NCBI RefSeq assembly: GCF_006345805.1
Contig: NC_042999.1
Span: 36,642,001-36,706,000 of the forward strand
Reading direction: 5' to 3'
Source: Octopus sinensis
Taxonomy: Eukaryota
DNA length: 64,000 nt
Within the stretch, counting starts at the first letter, position 1; each line of letters opens with the position of its first letter. The notes beneath the pieces are model-generated. The model was given only the letters and a program-made list of their open reading frames with translations. It was not told the DNA's origin and made no database searches. Below, in pieces: positions 13,001 through 26,100 of the stretch. A program made the position numbers and the translations under genes.

Positions 13001-16000
13001 AGCTGCAGGAATTGTAGCTCTTGCGCTGGAAGCCAAGTAACTATTGTCTTATTTTTGCTTTTGTAATAGTTTTTCCAACTTAAAATGACATTACTCTCTT
13101 TAAAGAAGTTTTTTTCTCAATCTCAGCAAACAACCTCACTAGTATGGACGGCATGATAAAATGCATTTGGTTTGCTTTGTAAAATGGTTTATGGTAGGAA
13201 GAGCATCTGACCATAAAAACAGACACCAAAGCATGCTACGATATAATAAGGACTTATATTCACCATGTTAATAATTATCATCATCATTATCATTGTTTAA
13301 CATTCGTTTTCCATGCTAGCATGGGTTGGACGATTTGACCGAGGTCTGGCGAACCAGATGGCTGCACCAGACTCCAATCTGATCTGGCAGAGTTTCTACA
13401 GCTGAATGCCCTTCCTAACGCCAACCACTCCGAGAGTGTAGTGGGTGCTTTTACATGCCACCGGCACAAGGGCCAGTCAGGCACTACTGGCAACAGCCAC
13501 ACTCAAATGGTATTTTTTACATGCCACCTGCACAGGAGTCAGTCCAGCGGCACTGGCAACGACCTCGCTTGAATGCTTTTTCACGTTCCACCGACACAAG
13601 TGTCAGCAAAGTGACGCTGCTAACCATCACGCTCGAATGGTGCTTTTTACGTGCCACTGGCACGCAGGCCAGCTTTATGAAGAGAATACATGAGAGAGAT
13701 AGGACCAACACCAAATAGACCCAAATCAGGGACTATTTGAAATTAACTACTGTACAGTCTAAACATGACTAACCTGTTAGCATATTTCCTACAAAGTCAT
13801 TCTAAAAGTAAACAAATGCATCATTGAAGTCTCAAAGCTACAAAATAATGCATGATTAATTTTTTAAAAATTGTGAACTACATTTGACAGAGTAATTTGG
13901 ATGCTAAAGGGTTAAGGATATAAAGACCAGAAGGTAGCTGGGCCATCAGCAGTAGTCACTGAGATACTGAAAATATCTTATGAAGAAGGTCACATGCTAA
14001 TCGCCTGCATAGCCGTATCAGATAATACAGGAACGTGTCATATCCTATTACTGGCAGAATAGTCTCATCATCATCATCAACTATTATTACAAGAACAAAG
14101 GAGATACTCTTGGGAAAAGCAACTACAATGGCATCAAATTGATAGATCTACAGCATGTTTTATCAAACGATCTGGTTGTTAGATTTTAACTGTATTACAC
14201 GAAACAAAGAACTACATGAATACTAAAACTGATTGGTTTTATGTACTTGCAGTAAAAACTTGACATGGCGAGATATTCAGTACATAACAATTCTAACAGC
14301 AAGGCCTGAACCAATGACAGATGGACAATGGACAAGAAATGCCTTGGGAAGAAATGGTAAGTTTATTTTGTAAAGGAATTAATGTTGTTGACTTTTCCTT
14401 GTCAATGTTAGTCTTAATAACTTGCTCTCACTCAACTGTAGCAGAAACCCCCACCCCCAGCTAAAAGACACTTGATATCTCAAGAAGCAAGCTAAATATA
14501 CAAGGTGGAAGTGTTGGGTTATTCTGCAGTGGCTGTGTAACTTTCAAAAGAAGGAAACACCTGAGACAATAGGTGTTAGTCTTAGGACAACAGCTGCCAT
14601 TGCCACCACTATCACATCACAGCAAGTAACAACAATAGCACATGTCACTATCACTGCTAGAACATGACATAAACAGGAGCTTTCATCACTATGTGATCAT
14701 GTTACGAACGATACTCATCTAAAACATCATGTTTTAAAAATACTGGCCCAGGCAATTTCTTAAAGCCTCCCATAGAGATCCCATATACTTCATGCTGTCA
14801 TAAATGTGAACAGGAGCTTGGGATGTTGGCCTTGGGTCAACAGCAGCAGTTGACCCAAAGCCAACATCTAAATATTATCTCATAGTATTCCTCTTTTGAA
14901 AACTAGGCAGCAAATATTGAATGACCTTTCCTGCGTTTTTTTAATCATCATCATCATCATCATCGTTTGGACGGTTCGACCGGGGTCTGGGAAGTCAGGG
15001 GCTGCACCAGGCTCCAGTCTGATCTGGCAGTGTTTCTACAGCTGGATGCCCTTCCTAACACAGAAGTGAAAAAGACAATTGGACAACAGAGTTGAGGAAG
15101 ATGAAGCTAGCGCAATTTCCCTTTGTTTTCACTATTCTCAAGGACCTTGAGGATGCTGCACCACCATTCCTTATAAAAACATCATAAACAAAATAATTAA
15201 AAAAAAACAAGTTTGAATATATTTTCAAATATGATTATGATCAAAATATGCCTGCAGCTAAAATTTAATTCATTTCATTGAAGTTGTCTTTGATTATGTT
15301 CTCTTTCTACATATACAGTGAGTTTACGTTATGGATATGGACTGATGGATGCTGTTGCTATGGTAAATTATGCTAAACTATGGGTGAAACTTCCAGAGAA
15401 ACACATATGTGAAGTAGTTTCAAAAGAATTCCGTGTGTAAGTAAAAACGTTGTTGTTGTTGTTTTACTCCTCAGAGCTCTCGGTCCTGTTCGCTCTGGTT
15501 GATTCTGTGAGAGCAGGCAACAGCCTGTTGTCAGAAGTCTCACAGGGTCTATTTCTGCACATTATAAGCTTTTGATACTTGGTTAATTATTGTGGAAGAC
15601 ATTCAACATCCCAGCACCAATCTCAAAGTGGAGGCGCAATGGCCCAGTGGTTAGGGCAGTGGACTCGCGGTCGTAGGATCGCGGTTTCGATTCCCAGACC
15701 GGGCGTTGTGAGTGTTTATTGAGCGAAAACACCTAAAGCTCCACGAGGCTCCGGCAGGGGATGGTGGTGATCCCTGCTGTACTCTTTCATCACAACTTTC
15801 TCTCACTCTTTCTTCCTGTTTCTGTTGTACCTGTATTTCAAAGGGCCGGCCTTGTCACTCTCTGTGTCATGCTGAATATCCCCGAGAACTACGTTAAGGG
15901 TACACATGTCTGTGGAGTGCTCAGCCACTTACACGTTAATTTCATGAGCAGGCTGTTCCGTTGGTCGGATCAACTGGAACCCTCATCGTCGTAACCGACA

Positions 16001-19000
16001 GAGTGCTTCCACCACCAATCTCAAAATCCTAGCTGTCCTCAGCAGAGCAGTTTCGAGGCTTGTTCTGCTCTCATGTCAATTCAATTTCTCTGACATATTT
16101 CTCAAACTTGGGTGTTAGTGATAAACAGGCAGACATGTTAGCACGTTGGACAAAATGCTTAGCAGCATTTTGTCTCTCTTTATGTTCCAAGGTCAAGTTC
16201 AAGTTCAGCCAAAGTCAACTTTGCCTTTCATCCTTCTGGAGCTGATAAAATAAGTACCAGTCACTGTACTGGGGGTCCATGTAATTGAATTCCTCCTTCT
16301 CCCCAAAATTGCTGGTCTTGTTCCAAAATTTGAAACCATTATTATTTTGGTTTGACTCAGGTTCGGTCTTATTCCTGGTAGGATTTATGTGGGTAGCGGG
16401 TTAGTACCTGTAACTTTAGGTGTCCACAAGTTTTCAGCAGTCTTTCAAGTACTTAGAATCCTCTTGATAATCCTTGCTGTCCCTAAGAGACAAACTTTCT
16501 GTAGGAGCTCTACTGGGCATTCTATTTCAATCTCCTTCAGCCATTTGGTTATACCTTTGCTTACTGTTCTCAATGCACCAATTATTATAGGCACAATCTT
16601 TACTGTTCGCATGCTCCAAATTCTATTATTATTATTATTTTTATTATCATATTCTTTCAGTTCTGTTTCCATTTCTTGCCGAGTGTTTTCTTGGTACCTA
16701 GGGCAGGGAAATACACTATATACATTGGTAGGCCATTAAAATAAACACAGCAGATTGTTCATTTACAAAGTCATGTAATAGAGGAAAAGGGAAAGAAAGA
16801 GAGAAAAAGGAAAAAATAAAAAAAGTAAACAAAGAAAATAAAGAGGAAAAAGTAAAGAAAATTCACAGCAACAATGCTCTTCTCAGTATATGTGATGTAC
16901 CAGTTAAAACAATCTTTTACACTTTCTGCATAGATGGTAAGCCAGGGATCATTCTTAAATAATTTTCAGTTCTTTTTTTGATCATTCCAAGTGCTCCTAC
17001 AATCACTTGTATTGTAACTCTCTTGAGATGCCACATCTTTTCGATTTTGATTAGCAAATCTTTATATTTTCTGAGTTTATCAAATACTTTTGCGAAGATA
17101 TTATGGTCATGGGGTATGCTCATGTCAGTCAATAAACAGACTTTATTGTTTTGGTCTTTCACAACAATATCTGGTTTATCTGCTTTGATGGTCCAGTCTA
17201 TACATACTGGAAAGTTCCAAAGAATCGTTACATTTTCTCTCTCAGTTATAACTTCAGGGTGGTTCTTCTACCAAAACTTCAGTAGTTTTGATTTTATAAT
17301 GCTGACACATTATCCAATGTAGACCAACTCTGTCATGTCTTGATTTGTACTCTACAGCTGCTAAAATCTTACACCCAAAGATTAGGTGGTCCACTGTTTC
17401 AATCCCACCATTGTAGTATCAGCACCTTGGGTCTACATCATTTTTCATCACATTGGCTTGATCGTTCAAGGTCAATAAGCTCTGATCTTTAGCAGCCAAG
17501 ATATAGCCTTCACTCTCTGCCTTTAGCCCCAAGCTCCATAGCCACTGATGGGTGTGCTTCTGGTCTACTTCAGCTTGTTTGCTACAGGCCACATATTTGC
17601 CATGCAGAGTTTTTAGTTCCCACCTATCAACCAATTTGTTATTGATTTCACCTTCTTTGCAACTACAGTTGCTGCATTTCCATAATGCTGTTTAACCTGG
17701 GTATTATGCATAAACTCACTAGGAAATTCTTTGCTTTCCTTCGTAACAGAATGAAGCTTTTTACATCTCTCATGGTTTTCAATGAGCTTTAGCACCCATT
17801 CATTAGATGTTTCAAGATATTTTGCCAGTCCAGTTGTGGTGGTTTTGTAAGAGATTTCAAATTGAATCAAGCCATGACTTTTTCGAGCTTTGGGTAGGTA
17901 AAGACAATCTGCATCTCCCTTTGGGTAGTGCATCTTATTGCAAGTCAGCAGCATATGGATTTTCCTGTCATTTTTCCTTATTTCGCTCATACTCCAGTTC
18001 AATGCATTGGAACTGTAAATGATAACCAGAACTGCTAAGGAATTTATGGCTAACACTTTGTTACATGCATTTAACTTGGATTTTTGGACTGCTTAAACTC
18101 TCCTCTACATTCCTTCCTGATCTCTTTCATGTTTGAATGTCAGTCCTCATTTATTCCAAGGTATTTGTAAGTTTGTTCCTGGTCAAGTTCTTTTATAACT
18201 GTGTCAACATCCAACACAACTGAAGGTGAGGTCTTCAATTTCCCTTTCTGGAAAGTGGCCAGGGCACATGCATGAAAACCAAATTCCATCCCACTGTCAT
18301 CACTGAATGCTTTCACAGTATGTAGTAGTCCTTCAAGCTCATTATTGTCGTTGCCATAGAATTTTAAGTCATCCATATAAAATAGATGACTTAGTTTCCT
18401 GTTTTTATACCCATACCCTGTTCTGTTTGTGATGGGTATTAGGGATATACAAAAAATTAAAGGTGAAAGTGAGTCACCTTGGAGAATACCACAGTTGATA
18501 TTAATATTTTTTGTGGTCAGTCCTCCATTAGAGTGATATAACTGGAGATTCATATTCCACACTGACATGTTGTGTTTCATGAAGTTTGAAATAACAGGAA
18601 AAATTTTGAAGACATCTAGCGATTTCGAAATCTGTGAATGCGGTATGCTGTCAAAGGCCTTTATATAATCAATCCATGTGGTTCTAAGAGTTTTGCATTT
18701 GTTATAACAGTTCTCAAAGGTCATGTGATTGATTAAGAGTTGATCTTTGCATCTACATGAGCCTCGTTGGCACCCTTTTTGTTCAGTGGGGAAAATATCG
18801 TTCTGTTCCATAAATTTGTATGTTTTCTCCATGAGGATGGATGTTGTGGTAGATAGACATGTTATGGGCTGATAGTTTTGGGGAAATTTAGTTTCATTAT
18901 TCTTCAAGTAATACCTCTTGCTAACCAATCAGGTGTTTTCATAGGATCTCTCATAATTTCACTGAATAACTGGACTAACTTTTCGTGTGCACAGAAGAGC

Positions 19001-19344
19001 AATGCAAGCTAGAAATTTAGCACCCTTTCATTACCAGGGGATTTCCACTCACAAGCCTTCATGAGTGTCATCCTTAGATCTGCTATTGTGATGTCTTCCT
19101 ATGCTTGTTCTGATAGATTTTGGTTGGATCCTTCTGTGCATCTAATCCAGTCTTCATTTTCATTGTAAGTCTTTTCATTGCTTCAGATATTTTTCCAAAA
19201 GTTTTCAACTTCTTCCATGGGAGGGGGGAATCTTCAACGGTCATTTTCTCCTTCCCTATTTCTCTGTAGAACAATGGTTCCTAACCCTTTTATTTAAATG
19301 ATGATGAGTTTTCCCACTGACCCCTTTTAATATGCTTGTCCTTA

Positions 19345-19387
<43 letters not shown>

Positions 19388-20747
19388 GAAATTTTGAATT
19401 TAGTTCATGGACCCCCAGTACTACCCATCAGGGGTCCATGGAACTCATGTGGGAAACCACTGCTGCAGAATGCTTTCGATTTGCATTATTTTGCTTGTAA
19501 AACTTGTTTCTCTTCCAAATCTTCATATTCTTTGAGCTTTTACTTGGACTTTTTCTTGCAGTATTTGGCTTGGGGCTATAGTAGAAGACACTTGTCTAAG
19601 GTGCCATGAAGTGGAACTGAACCTGAAACTACATGGCTGCAAGGCAAACTTCTTGATACTACAGTGTGAGCTTCTCTAATGACTTGCTTTGGCTATAATG
19701 TCATAATGTCAGCATAAACCAGTTCCACGTTTTTGGTTACATGGGCCATTCCTGCTCCTCATCATCATATATTCATTTTTCCATGCTTGCATGTTTCAGA
19801 CAGAATTTGTCGATGCAGATTTTCTATGGCCTAATACCCTTTCCTGTTGCAGGACCGCACTTGTTTCCAGGCAGAGTAATATTTTCCTGTACCTAGACCC
19901 TTTAGAATTTAAATTAGCTTATACCCAACCCAAATATTCTGCTCACTTTATGTTCATACCAGCTTGATCTACCCTACAACATCATTCTAAAAATAAAACA
20001 ATTACACCAACAAAATTCCAAAACTACGAGATAATGCATGATTAATTCAAAACAATTTGAATAATTAAGCATTACATTTGACAGAATAATCCGAATGTTA
20101 AAAGGTTAGAAATGTTTTTCACTGAATAGTTTTTGTTTAGATTAACATCAAAATTATTGGTTAGAATAGACAGAAAGAGATTAACAAGATTTGCTTACAG
20201 TAACATAGTTTACTAGCATTAGCATAGTTTATTTAAATAATGCTGTTTTGAGTTGGTATTTCATATGAACAAGTTGGCACATGTCTTTTACAAAACTATT
20301 GTAGCTGAGTAAATGCTATACTTCAAAGCCTATGATGATGAAAATGACTGATCATCATCATCATCATAGTAGTAAAAATGTGATGAAATGGCAATAAATC
20401 CTAGTTTAATCCTAGTTTCTTATTACAGAAATGCATCACCTCACTGTCAACCACCATTGTCAACCACCTCACCAATAACAACACTGAACACCTTTTTGAT
20501 CTCCATGTGTCTAACACACGTGGACATGCCTACAAAGTCAGAAAACAACACAGCTCCCATGACTTTCGGAAACATTTCTTCACGCTCAGAGTTGCTGAAG
20601 CATGGAATAAACTGCCTGCGTCAGTTGTTGACTGCCATGACACTGCATCCTTTAAGGCCCTCATGCTTTCCGAAATCCGTCGAAACTACACCTGATTATA
20701 TATGCACTTTAGATGAGTTGTAGTGCACCTGAGCACTGTACACAATG

Positions 20748-20796
<49 letters not shown>

Positions 20797-23106
20797 CACT
20801 GTGTCTCATAAATTCTCTATCGTAAGGTGAATAGAAAAAGGCACAGGTATTTAGAAATACCTAGGTGATTGTTAAAGTAAAAAATAATGACCAAATCTGT
20901 CTCAGAACTCTGACAATCTTAAAAACAGAAAGGAGATATTGGATAGGGTAGTCTTAGAGAGCCTTTTTTAGACATGGTTAAGTGCTTTTGTTGGTTAAGT
21001 TGGTTTGATCTGGGGTTCTGCAACAAAAATAAATTTGAAAATTTATAAACTGCCAACTGATTTAACCCTTTAGCATTACATCAGCCATACCTGTGTTATG
21101 TTCAAACTGGCTGGATCTGGCCTCTCACACCTACCTGACAAAGTCATTCTAAAAATTCTAAACAATGTGAATAAATAAGCATTTATTATATTTGACAGAT
21201 TTATATGAATGAAAAAGGGTTAATATGTATTTGAAGAGAATCAAGATACTCAGAAATTTGTATGGGGTTTGGGTAGAGGAGTACATTTTTGATCTAGCAA
21301 CTAATGTGGGTTTTTTTGTAAGGCAGTAGTTTATGACTTGAGGAAGATTTGGCTGCTTGTTATAGCAGGTCAAGTGACCTCTTAAAGGCTCCCATTCATG
21401 AAAGTTGACGTTGCAACTATTTTTATAAAATACTAGCAGTATCGCCCGGCGTTGCTCGGGTTTGTAAGGGAAATAACTATATAAGCATTTTTAGAGAGTT
21501 ATAGCCAAAAAATAGCAAAAAAATGCATTAAAAATGGAAAAAAAAATTATGGTAAATTTTTTTTTAAATCGTTGACTCATCGTAGACATTTTTAGAGAGT
21601 TACTTCCCTTATATAATAGCGAAAAAATGCATTAAAATGGAAAAAAATTATGGTAAATTTTTTTTTAAATCGTAGACTCATCATAGACACGCGCTAATAC
21701 CCAGAAGGGCTCGATATGAATCACAACTATAAGATACCCGGTTTTGGTTAAACTGCATCGCAAAATGTGGGAGAAGTTAGGAATCTAAATCGTAGGAGAC
21801 AGACACACAACTTCACTTTTATATATAAAGATTATAAGTAAAACTAGCAGTATCGCCCGGCGTTGCTCGGGTTTGTAAGGGAAATAACTATATAAGCATT
21901 TTTAGAGAGTTACTTCCCTTATAGATGCCAATTCGGGCTTTCTTAGCCATTTCTGTTTTGGTGTCTTCAAGCCATGAAGTCGTTGTTCTAAAAGAACACT
22001 GGTCTCCTTGACAACGCTTTACGACGTTGATTTCCTTACACTCCCCTCCCCACAGCTTCACGAGGGAGGGAAGAAGGGGGAGAAGCAAACAGGTGCAGGT
22101 GTGACCATGGACACCAACTCCGCCGCCATCGACACATGAAAAATTATGCATTAAAATGGAATAAAAAATGATGTTAAATTATTTTTAAACTCGTAGACTC
22201 ATCGTAGACGCGCGCTAATACTCAGACTAATACTCAGGGCTCAATATGAATCACGACTATAAGATACCCGAATTTGGTTAAACTGCACCGCAAAATGTGG
22301 GAGTAGTTAGGAATCTAAATCGAAGGGGACAGACACTCACACAACTACAGTTTTATATATATAGATTACATGTCTAAATATGTTTCTGCTGTGGCTGCAA
22401 CAACAACAGCAGCAGCAGCTGTTGATTTTCAAATTATTCAAAATATTCATGTCTGCAGTTGACTCCCAAGACTTGTAAACATATGAGAAGCCATATTACC
22501 ATGAATTTGAGCACAAGGGGCCTCCATGACAAAATTAAGCAATAGCTGTCACTTGCAAGCAAGTAAAAGCTAATAGCATGTTCCAAGATTTCACTAAATG
22601 CTTTAGGTACCTATTTAATTACAAACAGATTTAGACACCCACTCAGCCCTTCCAACTTTGACTCTGCAGAACATTGAGGATGTGACACCTGGAGGGAAAA
22701 CTAGCTGCACCAATAGGTAATTAGTATGCATTTTCAGCTGAGTAGTCTACAGTAACATGAAATGAAGTGCCTTGCTGAAGGACACGATACACTACTGGGT
22801 CCAGAAATTGGACCCATGTCTTTATAATCATGATTCCAATTTGCCTAATGACAAAATACCTATTCTTTCTCTTTTACTCTTTTACTTGTTTCAGTCATTT
22901 GACTGCGGCCATGCTGGAGCATCGCCTTTAATCGAGCAACTCGACCCCGGGACTTATTCTTTTGTAAGCCCAGTACTTATTCTATCGGTCTCTTTTGCCA
23001 AACCGCTAAGTTATGGGGACGTAAACACAACAGCATCGGTTGTCAAGCGATGTTAAGGGGACAAACACAGACGCACAAACACACACACGCATATATATAT
23101 ATATAT

Positions 23107-23155
<49 letters not shown>

Positions 23156-26100
23156 TACAACAGGCTTCTTTCAGTTTCTGTCTGCCAAATCCACTCACAA
23201 GGCTTTGGTCGGCCCGAGACTATAGTAGAAGACACTTGCCCAAGGTGCCACGCAGTGGGACTGAACCCGGAACCATGTGGTTGGTAAACAAGCTACTTAC
23301 CACACAGCCACTCCTGCGCCTATAATCATGAATCCAACATTCCTAATGATAAAATACAAGTTAGACCTCTTAAATCTAGCAGTAGTTCATCTGACAACTC
23401 TTTCGACCCAGCACATTGTGAGCCTGCTGTGATTGGTTTCTTGATCTACCTCTAGGATATTTATAGTTTTAGACTTTATATTATGCAAAACAATAAAAAA
23501 TACCTCGTTTGGAATCAATATTGGTTATGTATGTTTGCGTATTTGTACATGAGAGTTTCTACTGAAAGTAATGCAAAAATGGACATATCTTAATATTATC
23601 TGACATAGGTAGTTCGCATTGCACATATTGGTTGAGAAACTCTTCTATAGTGACTTTTCTTTCTGTTCTTCTTTATTGCAATCAAATAATTAAATAGGAG
23701 CAGCAGTAACATGCAGTCGTTGTATTCTTGATGAAGGAGGCATGCAGACTATCCAACATCCACTGAAAGTTACAGGTTATATATGGAGAAGATACCACTG
23801 ACAAAAATAATGTGAAGAAACGAATAAAGAAATTTAAAGAAGAGAAAACAGCATTAAAGACAAACCATGAGTGGAAGACCATTGGTTGCAATCATTATTA
23901 TCATTTAGCATTCATTTTCCATGCTGGCATTGGTTTGATGGTAAGCTGGAGAGCTGTACCAAACTCCAGTCTGTTTTGGTTTGGTTTCTACAGCTGGATG
24001 CCCTTCCTAATGCCAACCACTCCACTGAATGTACTGGGTGCCTTTTACATGTCACTGGCATGGGTGCTCTTATGTGTCGCTGGCACAGGTACCTTTTATG
24101 TGTCACAGGCATGGGTACCTCACACATGTCAGCAGCACTGGCCACAACTAAGATTCCGTTAAGTGTGATATGTCTTCTCAAGCACAACAAATCACCCTTG
24201 GTCATTTGCTATTGCCTCTGTGAGATTCAACATCCGAAGATTTGATCACTGATGCTAATCACCAACAAGTTGATGGATTAATTCACAGAGACAAAGAAGT
24301 CACAATGGTAAGATCGCTGCACAACTGGATGGTGGAAAAACCTTGTCTACCAGGAATTGTGTACAAAGTGGCACCACGGTAGTTGACACTCAGTTTGAAG
24401 GAGAGAAGAGTGGAAGTCTGTTCTGATTTAATGGAAGTATTTGAAGCCAAAGTAGACAATTTTGACTCCAGTCAGGTGGCAGGAAATGTAATGTAGACAT
24501 ATCTTCATGATCTAGAAATGAAAGCTCAATCTATGGAATGGTGTCATACCTCTTCTCTGAAGGCTAAGACGTTCAAAAGCTTGTGGGTTTTTTTTAAGAA
24601 AGTCATGGTGACTGTTTTTGAGATAACAATTTTGATTTTCTGGAACATTGCTGTACTGTGAATAGTGAGTGGTACATTGGTACATTTGGGAAGCTACAAA
24701 CTGAGAGAAGCTATTTGGAGGAAATTACCAAACAAAAATGTATTCATGAAGGCTTTTAAATACTTTATAGATTGCAATTCAAACGTTAAAAGATACAGAA
24801 GAGTTCGACTAACTTTGATATGTTTAAATTCCTTGAGGATTGACCTTGTATTTTATCTACAAGTGAAGAATGAAGATAAAATTGGGTTGTCACTTGACTG
24901 GTAAACTGTAGTCAAATGAATATAGATAGTAGACAAATGTGGACACAGTATTTATGTTATTTTAATAAAATAACGGAAATACTGTGACCAATAACTAAGC
25001 AATTCAACTTTTTGTGTCCGTATATACTTGAAACAAAACAAAATCGTATTAAGATTTAGAATATTCTATAAGGGAAACTACTCTGACATATATGCGAGTT
25101 ATCTCCCTTAAATATACGAGCCAGTTTTATTTTCGTTTATTTTCGTTTTCGGTTCATTGGTGTGTGCGGAATGAATTTTGTTTTGTAAATTCGTGGATTT
25201 TAACCACTAATTTCTTAAAATATTGGGTACGAACGAATTTTTGTGAAATAGTGTTTGAAATAAAATACCTAGAGAAACCGTTCGCAACGCAAAATAAATG
25301 AAAATAATGTAGTAAAGTAGATAAATCAAATATTAATTACGGGGGTGAAAAAGAAAACATTAATTCAATTGCTAATATTATTTTAGCCTGATTTTGGCAA
25401 GTACAGGAGACAACTCTAGACACGCTTCGCTCTACTTACACCTCCTCAGCTAAGCGTAGATTTCCCAGATCTAGTAGAGAGAGAATCACAACAGTCGATG
25501 TACAGTAATATCTCAGGGTTATTCTCCCCTATTGCCTTGTACGATGTACATTATTTTACAGCACTAGAAAGGTTACCTTGTTCTTAGCAAGACAAGACTA
25601 AAAGGACCTCTCGACCCTGTTTTCTTTTGGCTTGCTTACTAATCACTCTAGGGCAGGGATTCTCAACCATTTTTTATTTTATTTATGGACCCCTTTGATT
25701 ACTATTTTATTCTGGTATGCCCCAATAGCCATTTAATGTTTAAAAACTAGTTTTATAGAAACTTCTTTCAAAATTCCTATTTTGATTTTCACTTATTAAC
25801 TTGTGTAGATTGACCTATGTAAAATGTTAGAGAAAGAAACCTGGCTGTTTCTTACAGTACATAGCAATATGTACATTGAAAGCAAAAATATTTCAGGGGC
25901 CCTTAAAATACTGTTGTGGATCCCCAACTTACTATTTTGTAGCATGAACCCCCAAAAATCTTATATGGACCTCGATTGAGAGCCATTGCTTTTGAGGATG
26001 TGTTGTGTGGCATTTTCCATTGAGGTGCGTAGACAGAGATGCTTTGTACACTGTGAGTGTACAGAGTGTTCAGTACACTACTTTTACTCAGGTAATGTGA

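Noticed and set aside
15628-15705. tRNA-like sequences with A and B boxes (also 10584, 32245, 33680, 63530)
   Set aside because: They are SINE heads continuing into SINE bodies with TSDs; no complete cloverleaf is evident.
25440-25470. SGKSTL Walker-A-like peptide on the minus strand
   Set aside because: Lacks the upstream Gly and is followed immediately by a stop codon.
25998-26097. ATG-initiated Cys-rich frame with strong CAG|gtaatg donor upstream of the P-domain exon
   Set aside because: The donor is phase 1 while the exon needs phase 2, so it is out of frame; no homology.
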